A stretch of 64,000 nucleotides of DNA from Phyllosticta citribraziliensis. Taxonomy: Eukaryota. The translations under genes and the position numbers were made by a program. The DNA is taken from positions 2,728,001 through 2,792,000 of the forward strand of contig NW_027117338.1 of the NCBI RefSeq assembly GCF_038025025.1, written 5' to 3'. The number at the start of each line of letters is the position of its first letter. Position 1 is the first letter of the stretch. The notes below the pieces were generated by a model. That model searched no databases and was not told the DNA's origin. It saw only the letters and a program-made list of their open reading frames with translations. Below, piece after piece: positions 38,537-52,300 of the stretch.

Positions 38537-40307
38537 TCAATACTTGACGCTCAGCTTCCAGCCCGTCTTCATGACGCGCGCGCCCACGAACGAGGCCAGC
38601 GCTACGGCGTAAGTCGCCGCCGTAAAGAGAACCACGGCCCAGTATCTGTTGCCAGCAGTCTTGATCAATGCGCCTGCGATGGGAATACCCGTCAAGGTGC
38701 TAGTACTTCCAATTAGCGTCCCTTTCCTTCCCGAAGAGTATGGAGATGTGTGTGACTAACCCGACACTGACAATGGTGTAGCAACATGTGTAGTATTTGC
38801 CATAGTCCTCGGTGTCGCCTACATGCGAGGTCAGTATGTCAAACCATCTGTTTGGCCCATGGCAAGGACTCACATAGTTGACCGACACAAACTGGCGTCA
38901 GTGAAATATTCGACCCGCTGGCGATGCCAAACAAAAAACCAAAGACAATTGTGACACCTTTGATTGCGGCTTTGTGGCTCTCGTTGTCGTTGATGTCCAT
39001 GGGCGACATTAGCGCAGCTGGCAGCCACAGCCCTACGTTTGTCACTAGGCACAGCACCAGCGCACAGATTTGGCAGTTGAAGCGGCCTACGTGGTCGGCG
39101 ATGTAGCCGGGACCCCAGCGGCCGATGCAGCTGCCGGCATTCAGAATCGCAATCAGCTGGTATGAGAACGTGTCGGTAAAGGCGCGGCTGTCAAGAGCAA
39201 AAGATGCGAGGTACGTGATGGGGATGAAGAGGCCCCATTCCATGCAAAAGGTGCCGACTGTCACGAGTGCAAAAGATCTAGAAAGCGTCAGTAAGAGATG
39301 ATTCACCGGCTGAGGGACGCGCTGGGAGAACTAACGGGTCTCGGAGAATGGTGAAATCAGGCCATAACGTGGAGCCGGGCTTAGGGGGCAGACGCGAGCG
39401 GATCAGGAGCTGGTCGACTACGCAAAGAAAGAGGAAGATGAAGCCAAGATATCTACAGGCCCACGAGAAGCCCACTTTTGGGAAAAGGCTCTGAAGCATC
39501 AATGGGAAGATTACGCCCCCAATGCTCCCCCCAGCCGCAGCAAATCCAGTGGCGACGCCTGAAGAGAGGACGTTAGCAATGTTTTAGAACATGGAAGTGG
39601 GAGTAGCTAACCGCGGCGGGCGCAGAAAAAGTGCGCGATGGACCCCACGCTCGGGGTGAAGACGAGAGCCGTCCCCGTGCCAGCCATAACACCAAAGACG
39701 AGCAAGAATTGATAGTATGAATGGCATACGGACAACAAAAACATGGATGCAACGAGCAAAATGTTGCCGCCCAGAATGAGCAGTTGGGGCCCATGGACAT
39801 CGAAGAAGGGCCCGATCAAAAGGCCGCAGAAGAAGGCGAGGAACGTGTAGAGGCTGAAGATCCAGCCAATGGTGGATTCACTGTACTCCTTGAGCTCGTT
39901 CGTGGCGAGGTAGGCTTGGAAGATACCCACGCTGTTCCTAGGATGGGTTAGTTTTTCGATGCCACGACGATGAGGTTGTAGACGCACATCAAGCCAAAAC
40001 CTGCTGTCATTCCGCTAAACGACCCAGCTACCACAAGCCAAGCTCTTAGTCCGCCTTCTGGATAAGTGACTTGATCAGAAAGACCCTCGGGATGGGCTTG
40101 AGTCTCGTCTTGATCAAATCCATCTTCGACTGATGGATGAGGAGCCCACTCTGTGTCCGCGTTCAGACTCTTTTCTTTGGATGCTTCGTGGGCCTCTCTA
40201 GAGGACTGGGGATAGAGACAACCGCCGCTGATCGATGTGGATCCATGGTAGGGCGGCTCTTCGATTGGTCGGGGTCCCAAGTGGGTGCCAGAAGATGGTG
40301 CAGTCAT
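38537..40307 (-). CDS. MFS monocarboxylate-porter family transporter (Mch-like)
   Basis: [82 protein letters not shown]; multiple introns. The start codon choice is tentative. Confidence 0.88.
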
Positions 40308-43300
40308 TTGCAAGGCCGCACTGCCTCGGAAGACAAATATCCCTTGCTCTTGTTTTGGCACACGGCAACTCTCGCTTCCTCTCTCAGCACGTCGTGAGGG
40401 AACATGCGAGGTTGTCGAAGAGATGAGGAACGACTGAGGAGAAAATTGGAAATCAACGGCGACGCCCTACGGTCCACATTTCGTGCAGGGTGCAGGGCGA
40501 TCCCCAGGAAACCCCGCCGCCGGCTACATGGCTAGGTTGCCGATGATGCCACTTGCAAAGACACTTGTCAATCCACGAGGCGTCCGGAGGCGGTAGTGAT
40601 TCCAGGGATTCGTTTTGTTCCAATCTTACGCAGCTGGCCGAAAGACGGACGGATCCGTCAAAGTGACGGTATTGTCGGCATCATCTGGTGTTGACAGCGG
40701 TTGAAAGAAAAACCGTCGTTACGCAGTGAAGCGAATGGTCTGCAAGGATGGACCGTGCACGGCTGCCCTCGCTTCGGTGTTCGGTTCCTGCGGTGGTGGT
40801 CGCCCTTCGCCGCTCTCCGATTCCACCTCTTTCTTTACCCACCTCATTCAATCTTAAGCTTGACACTATTTGACGCTCTTACATCTTCTGCTCTACAGTT
40901 CATGCATATCGGTACAAGGTCGAGAATTGCCAAAGACGCTTGGTCAACCATCCGCCGCGCTTGTAACTGCAGGCCGCCCAATCCTATCGGACTTGATTGC
41001 GAGACTGACGAGGCAAACGGGCGGAAAGCCACTCTTTTCGGAATTTCTACTACTGCTTATGTTTTTGCGCCTTTGACTATGCTTGTTAATCATTGAGAAC
41101 ATCGGCCTTTGACATGATTGCTGACTGCACCTGGAAAAACTGCGCACATCAGCAGTAACACGACCGATCTGCCGTTTCATCGCCGCACTTTCTCTTTGTC
41201 AACGCTTCCTCCATTACACCAATCAGTCATGAGGAGCAATTCATTCTCTCTCCGATTCGCTGCCCTCAAAAAGAAGTCACATTTCCACCAGGCTGAGCTT
41301 CCGGACTACTCGATGCCGAGCGAGCGAATATGGCGCCGTTTCTTACTTTCTTTTTGCCGCGACCCTAGTGCTGCCGCCATTGACGCGGCCCGTTTGCCTT
41401 AAAGCTTTCACCGCTGCTTAGGCTTGTCCAAAGACCTTGATGCGTCTTCGAAAACCCGCAAGCGACAATTGAGGTCTAATGGCTTGCTCGGGGTAGATGG
41501 CCCAGATCTAGAAGCGCTCGTCGTCTCCGGCAAACATGATTGGAACGGCATTCCGCCTCAAATGTTCGGTGCTTTCCCGACATCCGACCCCCTCTCGCGC
41601 GAAGATTGCATGTTTTGTTTTTCTTTAAACAGTCCCGGAGAACAGCGAGACGTCGGTCTGGTCTGGAAGGTGTGAGGCTTTGCCGCTGCCGAAATCCTTT
41701 CCAACCACCTCAACACGTGTGCCAATGTGCCGCCAACAGCGCACTGCCCCCCGCCGCGTCAGTCTTGCTGTTCGTGTGCAGAGACGGTGTATGGTTTGCT
41801 TGTGTCTCACTTTACAGGTTGAGGAGGACTCTTGTCCGTTTGGATTGGCTCTATGCTGAGATCCTGGTTAGCGGAATCCTGCTCGAAGACTGTGCCTATT
41901 TTGATTTGCAGACTACCAATGTGCTCTCTTTGCGATCTTGTCTATGTCATGTCAGGCGCGTGACCCGCCGAAGTCGCCTTGGACGTATGAAGGCTGGGAC
42001 TGAGCTCAAGTAGAAGCTTCTCTTGAGTATGGCCTTCCGAGAGTGCGGACTGCAAATCTTCAACAAGTACGGCAGATGTCAGAACACCAACTATTAACCG
42101 CAAGCGCTGCAAAACCCACTGGCCCAGGCAAAGAGCACAAAGACCACGACGCGAGAAACCAAATAGCCAGCTACGCTTAATGAAGTCGATACCCCGGACG
42201 AGTCTGAAGACGACATGACCGCTGGACTGAACGTCCTCGTTGCAACGATTTCGCGGGTCGGTAATCCCGTCGCAGGCGTTGTGTCTGTCCGCGACGGGAG
42301 GCTGTTGAAGTCATCACGGGCGAAGCTGAGCAGTCTCTTCCGCAAGATTGTCAACTGAAAGCAGATTTGCTGGGCTGCTGAACGTCTTGTGTTTACGCTC
42401 ATGTGGGAAGGGGCCCGTCCATGTCACCAGTGCATTGCAGGGAAGCATGAGGGAGGGCAGGGAACGATACCCACAGGCACCGCGTACAACACAGTTGAAT
42501 GCCACAGCGTTGTCGAAAGAATGTTGCAAGCGAGAGAGGAAGTGTGAGAGAGCACCAAAGGAGGGCAAGTCGGGTTGCCATATACACCGTGACAGGACAA
42601 GCATACCTCATCTTGCCAATTTATTTCTCGTATTACAGCCAACGTATAGTCGCCAGCTCAGTACTCTAAAGCGAGACAAGTCGAAGCCACCAAACAATCT
42701 ACTGATCCATTTCAGTTCTGTCCAGACACAATTTGTTCCCTGATCTTCTCCCACGTAGCACACCATTCAATTCTCCCCACAGTAACATTCGCCAATCTGA
42801 CCACAGTTTCGTTCTGGGCGTGAGTGGAGACGCATTTATCCTGAAACCAGAGCAAGCAACGTCGGAAAAAGAAGAAAAGATGAGACCTCGCCAAGGAAAA
42901 GATTGAAGCAAGAGAGGAGATGAGCAATCTCAGGCCGACAAAAGGTAAAGCAGAGGGACAGAACAATGTGGTACCACCTTAAAAGAGGAAAATAAGGTAG
43001 CAAACTGATGTAACCGAGAACAGGCCTTTTTTTTTTTTTTTTACATTTTTTGAGTGGGAAAGAACCAAGAAGGACGCAAGAAAGCAGCCAAAAACGCCAG
43101 TCGTCGTAGTTTTGGGTTGGGTTGGGATGTGCTGAGCGAGTTGACGAAGCAGCAGCAAGCCAGGGGTATAAGTATCGTTACAGCATATGGGTACAGTGCA
43201 AATGGGAATGGTAAGAAACGAAGACACTAGTCAGGAGATGGGGCCAAGGGAAAAGTTTAGAGGGGGTTTTGAAGCAATGAAAGGGGACAGGGTTGAGGAT

Positions 43301-43379
43301 TCCAAACGCCCCGTAGCTGCCCGTCGAGAAGAGAAGAGATGAAGCAAGCGCTGCAGCCTCGGAGCGTGATGGTGGCTGC

Positions 43380-44366
43380 CTAGTAGCGCGGTCTCTTTGA
43401 AGATGCAAGGTCGTCCTAGACAGGCAACAGACGCGTCAGCTACCAGGCACAAACTTCGAACATTGAACACATCAAGACAATACGTACCATGTGATTGACC
43501 ATGGAAACAAACAGGTCAAACCAGAGCTTGCCGCCTGCCTCCATTTCCGTCTGCATGGTGCCACTGCGCTTGAACGTATGCCTGCTGCGGATGATTAAGG
43601 CAAGATAGTGGGCGCGCAGGTTGCTGTCATTGTCGGGCGTGTTTGCATAGGCAAAGCGTGCCGAGGACAGAATCGTGCTGCACTGGATGCCCGATTGGAG
43701 ACCCTGTTTCTTGAGGGCCAGACGCTTGAGTTCTTGCAGGCCGTAACGCTCAGCGGCACACTGCGTACTCGTCAGCAACAGGCGGACTTGGGCGTCTACA
43801 TGGATACGTACGTAGATGACGCTGTCTTTGAGGACCGAGACGCCATTCACGGAGACGATCGACTCGGCCGCTCCGGCATGGAAGCCGTCCTCCAAATACC
43901 AAGTGTCGCGTTTCCTGTCGTGCTGCAGCCGCGGGTAATAATCGCCTTTGTACAAAAATTCCAGAACCGAGCTGAAGACTTCCGGCTCCTCCTCAGGGAG
44001 CTCGATGCGTCGGGTGGTTGACTCGAAGAATTGTGTGCGGCAGGCATCGTGGAAGAAGGGCGAGTGGGAGAGGACGTCTTCGTGGGCAGCGAAGAGGCGC
44101 TGGCTGCGTCCGATGGAGATGGTGATGATAGGCGACGTGAGTGATCTGCGCTCGTTAGTACTCATTTGATGCAAAGGCAATTCGCCGGCTGCTCACGGGC
44201 TGGTTTGAGCGGACGGAGGGGAAGTGTTGGGCTTGGCCATTTCCCGTTCGACGCAACGCGAGGTAAATGACGACTTCTTGAAAGATCGTTTCTGCTTGTT
44301 CGAGTCCTTGGCAACCCTGTGCTTCGAAAAGCTGCCAGTGTGAGGTTTCCGGCCGTAGGTGAACAT
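43380..44366 (-). CDS. BTB/POZ-domain protein
   Basis: SLTSPIITISIGRSQRLFAAHEDVLSHSPFF...IELPEEEPEVFSSVLEFLYKGDYYP...CAAERYGLQELKRLALKKQGLQSGI; three introns. Confidence 0.88.
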
Positions 44367-45267
44367 GATGGGCGAGGTCGATGGTTGGGTGGAGGGCTGG
44401 CGACACGGCAACGAGACGACGGGGGTGGACAGGTCGGATGGCGGTGGTTTAAATAGCACAAGAGGGACAACCTCAGGCAACAGAGCAAGGCTGAGAGAAG
44501 CAAAATGGGAAGAAAGGACGCAAACGCGGGCGGAGGCGTCTCATGGGGGAGATGGGATTGGCGGAGAGGCATGCAGTTGCAAAGCCAAGTCGGAAGAAGA
44601 CGTGTCGCGCGTCGAAGCCGACTCGCGCAGTCACGTGTGCCACTCCTCCCAATCGGGCGGAATTTAGGTTAGGTAGGCCTGGCGTTTCACTTGCAGCCAA
44701 CCACAGCAGACACGCGGCACTCTTGCGACCTTCGACACTCCGGAGTCATCGCCCGCACAGTCAATGCCATCAACTCTCGACCTTGTTGGATTGCGGCCTT
44801 GACTTCTTGGGCCGCACCGGACGCTGGGGACATGGATTGTGCCTGGAAGCCATCTGCCCCTTGCAGGCGTATGCATGCCATGCCGTCTGGGTCCCGCATC
44901 CCCGACTGTGATGAACAGTGCTGTCTTTTCTTGTGCAACACCAAAAAACAATGGCCACCGTTGGATCCGCACCTGGTCAATTTCCCCAAAAAGTCTCCGA
45001 TCAGAGTGGAGAAGGGCAACACAGTCGACATGGTCCCATGGGCTGATCAAACTGCAACGGACAAAAATACGTATTGCCGCATGTACGGACGAAACTAAGC
45101 CAGCGCTGGACCGACTCCGCCTCACCGACCACTATGCAATGGCCCGTGCCCTCGCAGTGACGCAACGGCCCGCGGCTCACCTCTGCTTGGCCTCGTCCAC
45201 CTGCAGCCGCTTCACCTCACCGCCTCTAGTCCATCCCTCTCCCGCCATCTGCCCGCCTGCCCGCGCC

Positions 45268-46178
45268 ATGGTCAAACCGTTGACCTTCAAGGGCGACAAG
45301 CCGAAGAAGAAGCGCAAGCGCCCTACCGCCGCCGCCGCCGACGACGACGACCCCACCGAGGGCTCCTCCACCAAGACCCTGGCCAGACCGCATGCCAACA
45401 ATAGCGACAATGAAGAAGGCGACTCGTGGGTGACGGCTGAAGCCGTCAGCGACGTTGCCGGTCCCGTCACTGTCGTCCTGCCCACCGAAGCGCCGTCCTT
45501 CTTGGCCAGCGACGCCAATGGCAAGGTGTTTGCGAGCGCCGTGGAAAACATGATTGAGGGTGACGCGCTGACGGCCGAGCCTCACGATGTCCGCCAGGTA
45601 TGGGTAGCAACACGGCCACCCGGAACGGAAAACTTTAGCTTCAAGGGCCATCATGGCAAGTAAGTGCGTGCAGCGAGGAAGATGCAACCTTCAAAACCCC
45701 CGGCGTATTGACAATGCCCAGATACCTCGGCTGCGACAAATATGGCGTCCTCTCTGCGAACCGCGAAGCAATTTCGCCCGAAGAAACCTTCATTTTGATC
45801 CCCGTTGCCGACAACCCAGGCACCTTTGCGCTGCAAACACCGCGCGACACATTCGTTTCCGCCACCACCAGCACCAACACGTCAGCCAAATCCAAGACCA
45901 GCGCCGCAGTCACGGACGTAGTTCGCGGCGACGCCGAAACAATCGACTTCACGTCGTCGCTCCGCATTCGCATGCAGGCGCGCTTCAAGCCGCGGCAGAA
46001 GGTCAAGAAGGAGCAGAAGGCTCTGGAAAAGATTTCGCGCAAGGAGCTCGAGGAGCTGGCCGGCCGTCGCCTGAATGACGATGAGGTCAGAGCGTTGAAG
46101 AAGGCCAGGCGCGAGGGCAACTTCCATGAGAGTATGCTGGATCTCAAGGCGAAGAGCAAGCATGACAAATTTGCATAG
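45268..46178 (+). CDS. FRG1: FRG1-like (fascin-like, actin-crosslinking family) protein
   Basis: MVKPLTFKGDKPKKKRK...AEPHDVRQVWVA...SFKGHHGKYLGCDKYG...IRMQARFKP...REGNFHESMLDLKAKSKHDKFA*; intron 45660-45721. Confidence 0.9.
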
Positions 46179-46572
46179 GCCTGTCCAATGAGGGCGGAGC
46201 CAGGGAACTATATGGGATCCAAAGCACTAAGGCTCATAGCGGATGTGGTCGACTCATCACATGGTGCGAATGAGGATCTGACAGGGAGAAAAGCAAACCA
46301 CTCTTATGAAGCCTCCGAACCAGTGACGACCTCCGGATGTCAAAGATCGGGGAGAGCAAAGGGATCCAAATTGTGGGCTGATCACACCACGTTCTCACAA
46401 GCATATGATCAAAAACAAGAACCATTGTCAATGTTGAATGAAGTTTATTCTGCATGGTATACTGCTGATTAAAAGCGCTAGAGCAATGCCCTCCATAATC
46501 CCATCAAGACGCCGACATGCATATCGTACAAAGACCCCATTTCCGCCCGTGCTAGCGTCAACAACAACCCCC

Positions 46573-48855
46573 TCAGTACGCAACCTGCGAGCTCAAGCCA
46601 TCCAACTCGCGGTCAAAGTTCTTGTGCTGCGAAATGGCAAAGAAGTAAGCGTCGACAAAGTCCTTTGCGCCCTTTGCCATCTGGAACGCCTCCTTGAACG
46701 AGCTGGGTTGCGTCTGAGCCGCCGTGACGACGCCGTACGAGTCGACAACGTCGGCCGAAGACGAGAGGGAGAGGCCAGGAAGGCCACATGCGTCACGGAC
46801 GAACGCGACGGCTTCGCCAACGGCACCAATGGCCTTGAGGTGGCCGAATGCCTCGCGGACCCAGTGAAGTGCGCGGCCGTTCTTGCGCAGCGTTGAGATG
46901 CTGTCGGCGCCGCCGGGGATGAAGATGCTGTCGAACATGGTGCTGCGCATGCCCTCGAGGTTGTGGTCGGGCTTGACGCCCTTGCCAGACGAGCGGTCCT
47001 CGCCGGCGGCGAAGATGGGCGTGCGGCGCGGCGCAATGGTGAAGGGGAGGGCCTGGGCGGCCTGCAGCGCGGCCTTGATGCCTGCGTAGGCAACCGGGTC
47101 GAAGCCGTCGGCGATGATGATGGCGACCCGTCGGGTCTTGATGGTCGGCTCCTTGGGCATGAAGTCGAGCTGCGAGAGACCCTTGCTCTTCTTGCCGTGG
47201 TTGGCGCGCTTGGTCGACTGCGGGATGACTCCACCAACAGCCTCGGCCACTTGCTGTGCGAGGCCCAGGTCGATTTCGGCCAGGCGCTCGCACATGCGCT
47301 CGTAGACGATGGGGTCGTCGCAATGGTCCAATTCGAACGAGTACGACGCGATCACGTGGGCCTTCTCAGGCTCGGACAGCGAGTTCCAGAAGAGCTGCGC
47401 CTGGCTGAAGTGCTCCTGGAACTTCTTGCTGCGCAGGCGCTGCTTCAAGCCAACCACCTTCTCCGGGAAGTCGATGTACGCGCCCTCGGCCTCGCTGGCC
47501 GGCGGCACGGCGCTGTAGCGGTTGGGCCAGTAGTTGACGGTGCCCTTGGTGATGGTGTGGCGGCCCTGGCCGTCGCGGTGGTTGTTCATCACGGGGCAGA
47601 TGGGCCGGTTGATGGGCAGCTCTTGCCAATTGACGCCCAGACGCGAGAGCTGCGTGTCAAAGTAGGAGAAGTTGCGGCCTTGCAGCAGCGGGTCGTCTGA
47701 GAACCCAATGCCCGGCACCACGTGCGCCGTGCAAAAGGCGACCTGCTCCGTCTGCGTGAAGTACTCGTCCGGGTTGCGGTTGAGCTCGAGCTCGCCAATG
47801 TACCTGATGGGGACAAGCTCCTCGGGCCAGACCTTGGTGGCGTCGAGAATATCAAACTCGAAGTTGTGCTCGTCTTCCTCGGGGATCGTCTGGATGCCAA
47901 ACCTCCACTTCGGGTAGAGGCCGGCTTCGATGGCTTCCCACAGGTCCTTGCGGTGGAAGTCGGGGTCCTGACCTGCAAGCTTCAGGGCCTCGTCCCAGAC
48001 GAACGAGTGAACGCCGAGCTCGGGGGTGAAGTGGAACTTGACAAAGTGCCTCTTGCCCTGCTTGTTGACCAGGGTGTAGGTGTTGACACCGAAGCCCTGC
48101 ATCATGCGGTAGGAGCGGGGAATGGCGCGGTCAGACTGCGTCCACATGGCCATGTGAGTGGCCTCGGTGTGCAGGAATTGAAAGTCCCAAAAGTTGTTGT
48201 GGGCGGTCTGCGCCTGAGGGACCTCGTTGTGCGGCTCGGGCTTGCCGGCGTGGATGACGTCGGGGAACTTGATGGCGTCCTGGATGAAGAAGACGGGGAT
48301 GTTGTTGCCAACGATGTCCCAGTTGCCCTCTTCGGTGTAGAACTTGAGGGCGAATCCTCTCACGTCGCGGACAGTGTCGGCGCTGCCTCTGCTGCCCAGG
48401 ACGGTGGAGAATCTGAGAAAGACTTCGGTCTCCCGCGAGGTGTCGGTCAAGACACCTGCGGAGGTCACGTCTTCGGCGCTCTCGAACAGCTTGAATTTTC
48501 CAAAAGCAGCGGCACCTCTTGCGTGCACAACCCGTTCAGGAATCCTCTCATGGTCAAACTTCATAATCTATGACAAGAGTCAGCCAGGTTCCAGTGGCGG
48601 TCGACGCAGGCGGCGTACCTTTTCTCTTGCGAAGCCATCCTCGAGAAGCTGGGGGCCAGTCTTGTCCTCGGTGGCGACCTTGAGCCAGTCATCGGTGTTG
48701 TTTTCCTTGACTCCCCAGTCCGAGGTGATGCGGTTGCTCTGGTCGTGATAGTCCTTGGTGGAGCGGGCAAGGTCTGCGTTCTTGGAGCCGAAACCCATGG
48801 GGCAGCCGCCGCCAGTTGCTCTAGCGAGGCCGGAGGTCAAAATGTTGGAAGCCAT
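46573..48855 (-). CDS. catA: Large-subunit monofunctional catalase (CatA/Cat-1 type, C-terminal DJ-1-like domain), about 743 aa
   Basis: FDHERIPERVVHARG active-site motif, RFSTVLGSRGSADTVRDVRGFA and heme-ligand motif LQGRNFSYFDTQ. No signal peptide seen. Intron 48618-48568. Confidence 0.95.
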
Positions 48856-49029
48856 TGTGTTGCGGAGAAGAAAATCAAAGTCGAAAAGGGTATCTCAAGA
48901 AGGACGGAGGCGGTGGCAATGGCGAGAATGGCGAGGAATGTGGATGGTAGTTCAAAGTGCGCTTGGCTTGGCGATGTCGAGTGCAAGGCATGTTGGCGAA
49001 TGTGGATATAAAGAAGGGCGGTTTCGCGG

Positions 49030-49312
49030 TGACGTATGAATTGAGCAATGATGAGGATTATTCAGGCTGGCCAGAAGTTGCAGTTCGTCATAGCAAGCCA
49101 CCTGGACGCGTTTGCGTCCTGCACGGGGAGCCGTTGACCAAGTGGGTGCGGGCGCGGCAATCAGCCAATGAAGGCGGGGCGATTGCTAAATCAGCTGCAG
49201 GCGATGATGGCATTCATTCATCGGAGAAGGCCAATTGCCCATGAAGTTGATCGAACAACACAAACGTCATCATCCACCACCACGGCAGACCACAACCAAC
49301 GTCTATGACGCA
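49030..49312. promoter_or_regulatory. Cluster of CRE/ATF-like half sites upstream of catalase
   Basis: TGACGTAT at 49030, ACGTCAT at 49264 and ATGACGCA at 49305, lying 175-460 bp upstream of the ATG. Confidence 0.3.
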
Positions 49313-52300
49313 CCCCGCCGATCACCCCCTGCTGGCTGAGAAAGAGTTGGCGTCTCGACTCCAGTCCTCTCGCATCTCACCATCTTGCTGCCATCTTTAC
49401 TAATGCCATCATCCATCTGCCCACAGTCTCCTCCGAGCCCTGTGCGAGAAGCCGGCTATCCGTCCTCTCTCTCCGCCTCCTGCTCTTTCTGGCAACCCCA
49501 TCCAATGACAAGCTCCCGCCCTCTCGTTGTCGCTTGTTGGATGCCGTCCTTACCAGCCGCCACATCCTTGTCAATGTCAATGCCGTGGGAACCAAAAAGT
49601 CATGCCACACATGACAGCCCAAGAGGGAAGAGGTGGAGGGAAAGAGAGAGGTAGAGACGCAGGTCCTCCGTCCAGACTCCATACGTCCTCCTGGCGTGTG
49701 CACGATTTCCACCTCGACCTTTGGGCTTCAACTCGTCGCCCGCTCGCAAGCACTGGAAGCGTAGTCGCGGACGGACAAGGACGGCCCCTTGGCCCGTGTC
49801 AGCCTCGTTGCGCCCAAACTGTCAGAAAGGCATCGAAAGCAAATGGAAGAAGTCAAAACCACGGGGAAGACCACACACGACCCGAAACTGAGCCAATTGC
49901 AGCGGCCGACGCTGCTTCCGGAGACTTCCATTTCCTCTCGGTCGCTTTTTCGACATGTCGCAAAAACACGACGTCGTTGCGGCGCCAGGCCATTTCAAAA
50001 GACTAACTCTTGGATCCCTCGACCCAAGATGAAAGGGCAGCGACGTTTATGGAAGGAGGCGCATGTTCGCAAAGCTTCTTCTGCCCTGTTGCGTCTTCCC
50101 CGCGACCACCATCCATGCGAGCCACATCGAATCGACAGATCTGCCTGCGCGACTGCGAGATTGCATGTGCGCTGCATGCGTGGAAAAAAAAAACAAAAAC
50201 AAAAAAAAAACATCGACTTCGAGCAGTGCAGTCCGTCACGGGAAGGAGACTGACTCTGCCTGCCGATGCTAACATCGCAACGTTGCAGGGAACAAAATGC
50301 CTTCATTGCTGTCGGTAGTCAATCAACCTCTCGCTACGCTTACTCTACCTGAAGACCCATGTGAGCTTCCGCCTTCGCTTTGGCAAATTGCGACCGTCCA
50401 AGGTAAGTACAAAAAACATGCCGGGCGAAGCTGGGTTCTCGTCTTTTTCTTCCCGGCGGGGCTCCAGTCGAACAGGACCCGAGTCAGGCATCTCCCGTCA
50501 ACGCGTGATGAGCAGCAGGGTATAGTACTCTACTTCCGAGCGGCGTTGATGATCCTCCAACCGCACCCCTTGGATGTGGCATTTCGCTATTCTTACCTAC
50601 TCAATCAGGAATGATCGATTCCACGGTGTTTCTTGCCCCACAAAATTTTGAACATTGTCGCGTTCCAGAAGGCCCAAAAGAGAAGGTTGCCAAATTGAGG
50701 GCCAGAGATCAAGCGTTCGGCTCAAAGTCAGTCCAGGATGTGCTATCATTTCGCCAACAAGCCTTGTGCATCGAAGGTGAGCATGGCATCGAAGCAGGTG
50801 ATAAGTCAGCAGGTCAACGGGCCCTTCCCTATGGGATATTGCCTGCAACGTCGGTTGCAGCCGGTTCCTGAGCTAGATGACGCAAAGAAGACGTTTCAAC
50901 GCGTGAATATGCTGCCCTTTTGCAGGGAGGGAGACATGCCCAGCGTCGAGCAACGGCTCCCTCAAACTCAATCACTGGAGTCAATCAATCAATGAACGGC
51001 AAGCGCCTTTCACGAGAGCCCTTCCTGGCTTCGGCTCACCGTCAACCGAACGTCTGCCAGTATCCTCCTTGCGTCGTGGGGATTTTCCCCAGGGTCCGAG
51101 GCCAATGCAGCTCTGCCCATGAGCCGCCGCCTATCGCAAACGCGCGTCTTTTCTGCATCGCGACGAATTTGCTAGTCATACAAAGTCGGCACATGGAATA
51201 AAAGAGTTCAAGTGCCGCGAACGATTTCGAAAATTAGCCTCTCCAATCGCAAACGCCATGACTTGTTCAGTGCAAATGGATCATTCAGCGTCAGAGCAAA
51301 ATCAAGTGAGCTCCGCGACTTAAACATCCAAGTGTTTCGGAGCGGCCTTCCGGTGGCGTCAATCGCGAAGACAGTTGAGCGAAGAACAAGCGCCTGACTT
51401 TTTCCGTGAGCGCTGGATGGCTGTGTCCCGGCGAAACAGGATTTGGCGGCGCTCACTGGCCCGCCTGCTCGCTTGCCCGCACAACTAAAAGGTAAGACAA
51501 GTCATGACTTGGTGGCAGACTGACTTGAGGCTGGCAGGGCGTTGGTGGGTGTGGTTTGATCTGATAACTCTTTGCCAAAAAGTATCAGGGACATTGATGC
51601 TTCCCTCATCAATCCGACGCGAAGATAAGTGTTTCAACCGGGTCCTCGAGGCATGAGACGGGTTTCACAGTTTCGACCACCAAGCTGCTCGTCTCGTCCA
51701 CCATGCTAACAGGCGTCGCATGCGTCGCGTGTAGGGAGAAAACGCCTTGGTGCCTCAGACTTCAGGCCACGAATCTCTTATCGTGGTTGAGGCTGCCAAT
51801 TTTCTGTTGTCGAAGCAAATGCCATCTGATCAGATCGGCAATTACGCCTCTCCTCGAGTCGAGACAAGCCCCGTGCCGAGATGGGTGAGCTTGTCTGCTT
51901 GCTCATGCGAACGAGCGGGACAGCCGGTAAGGCAGAAAAGATGAGCAGGCAGGGCAGAGAGCCAGCGACTCAAACGCGACTTTCCCTGCCACCGCCTCGC
52001 TTCCCTGGATCATGGGGCGCTCATTCCCCTGCTGAGCCAGTCAGGTAATAAGGCGGGCACTGCAAAAAAGGGACGGTCGCGATGAGAACGACGACGACAA
52101 AGAGTGCCAACCCGAACGACCACATGTCAGTGTCGAAGTGCCTACCTTGATAACACACACGCATCCTCGACGGCACATTCTCCTTCTCAAAGCCTCGCTC
52201 CTGACATACTTGCAAACACTGCTCAGCCAGCCATCATGCACCACCCATGCAAAACACTCGACACCTCTTCACCCAACGCCTCGTGGCCGCCATACCTGTT

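Noticed and set aside
44839..45267. N-terminal extension of the FRG1 ORF
   Set aside because: The family-typical start MVKPLTFKGD, in GCCATGG context, is at 45268; the upstream frame looks like promoter or UTR.
46963..48573. Long plus-strand ORFs (245 and 283 aa)
   Set aside because: Antisense shadows of the strongly codon-biased catalase gene.
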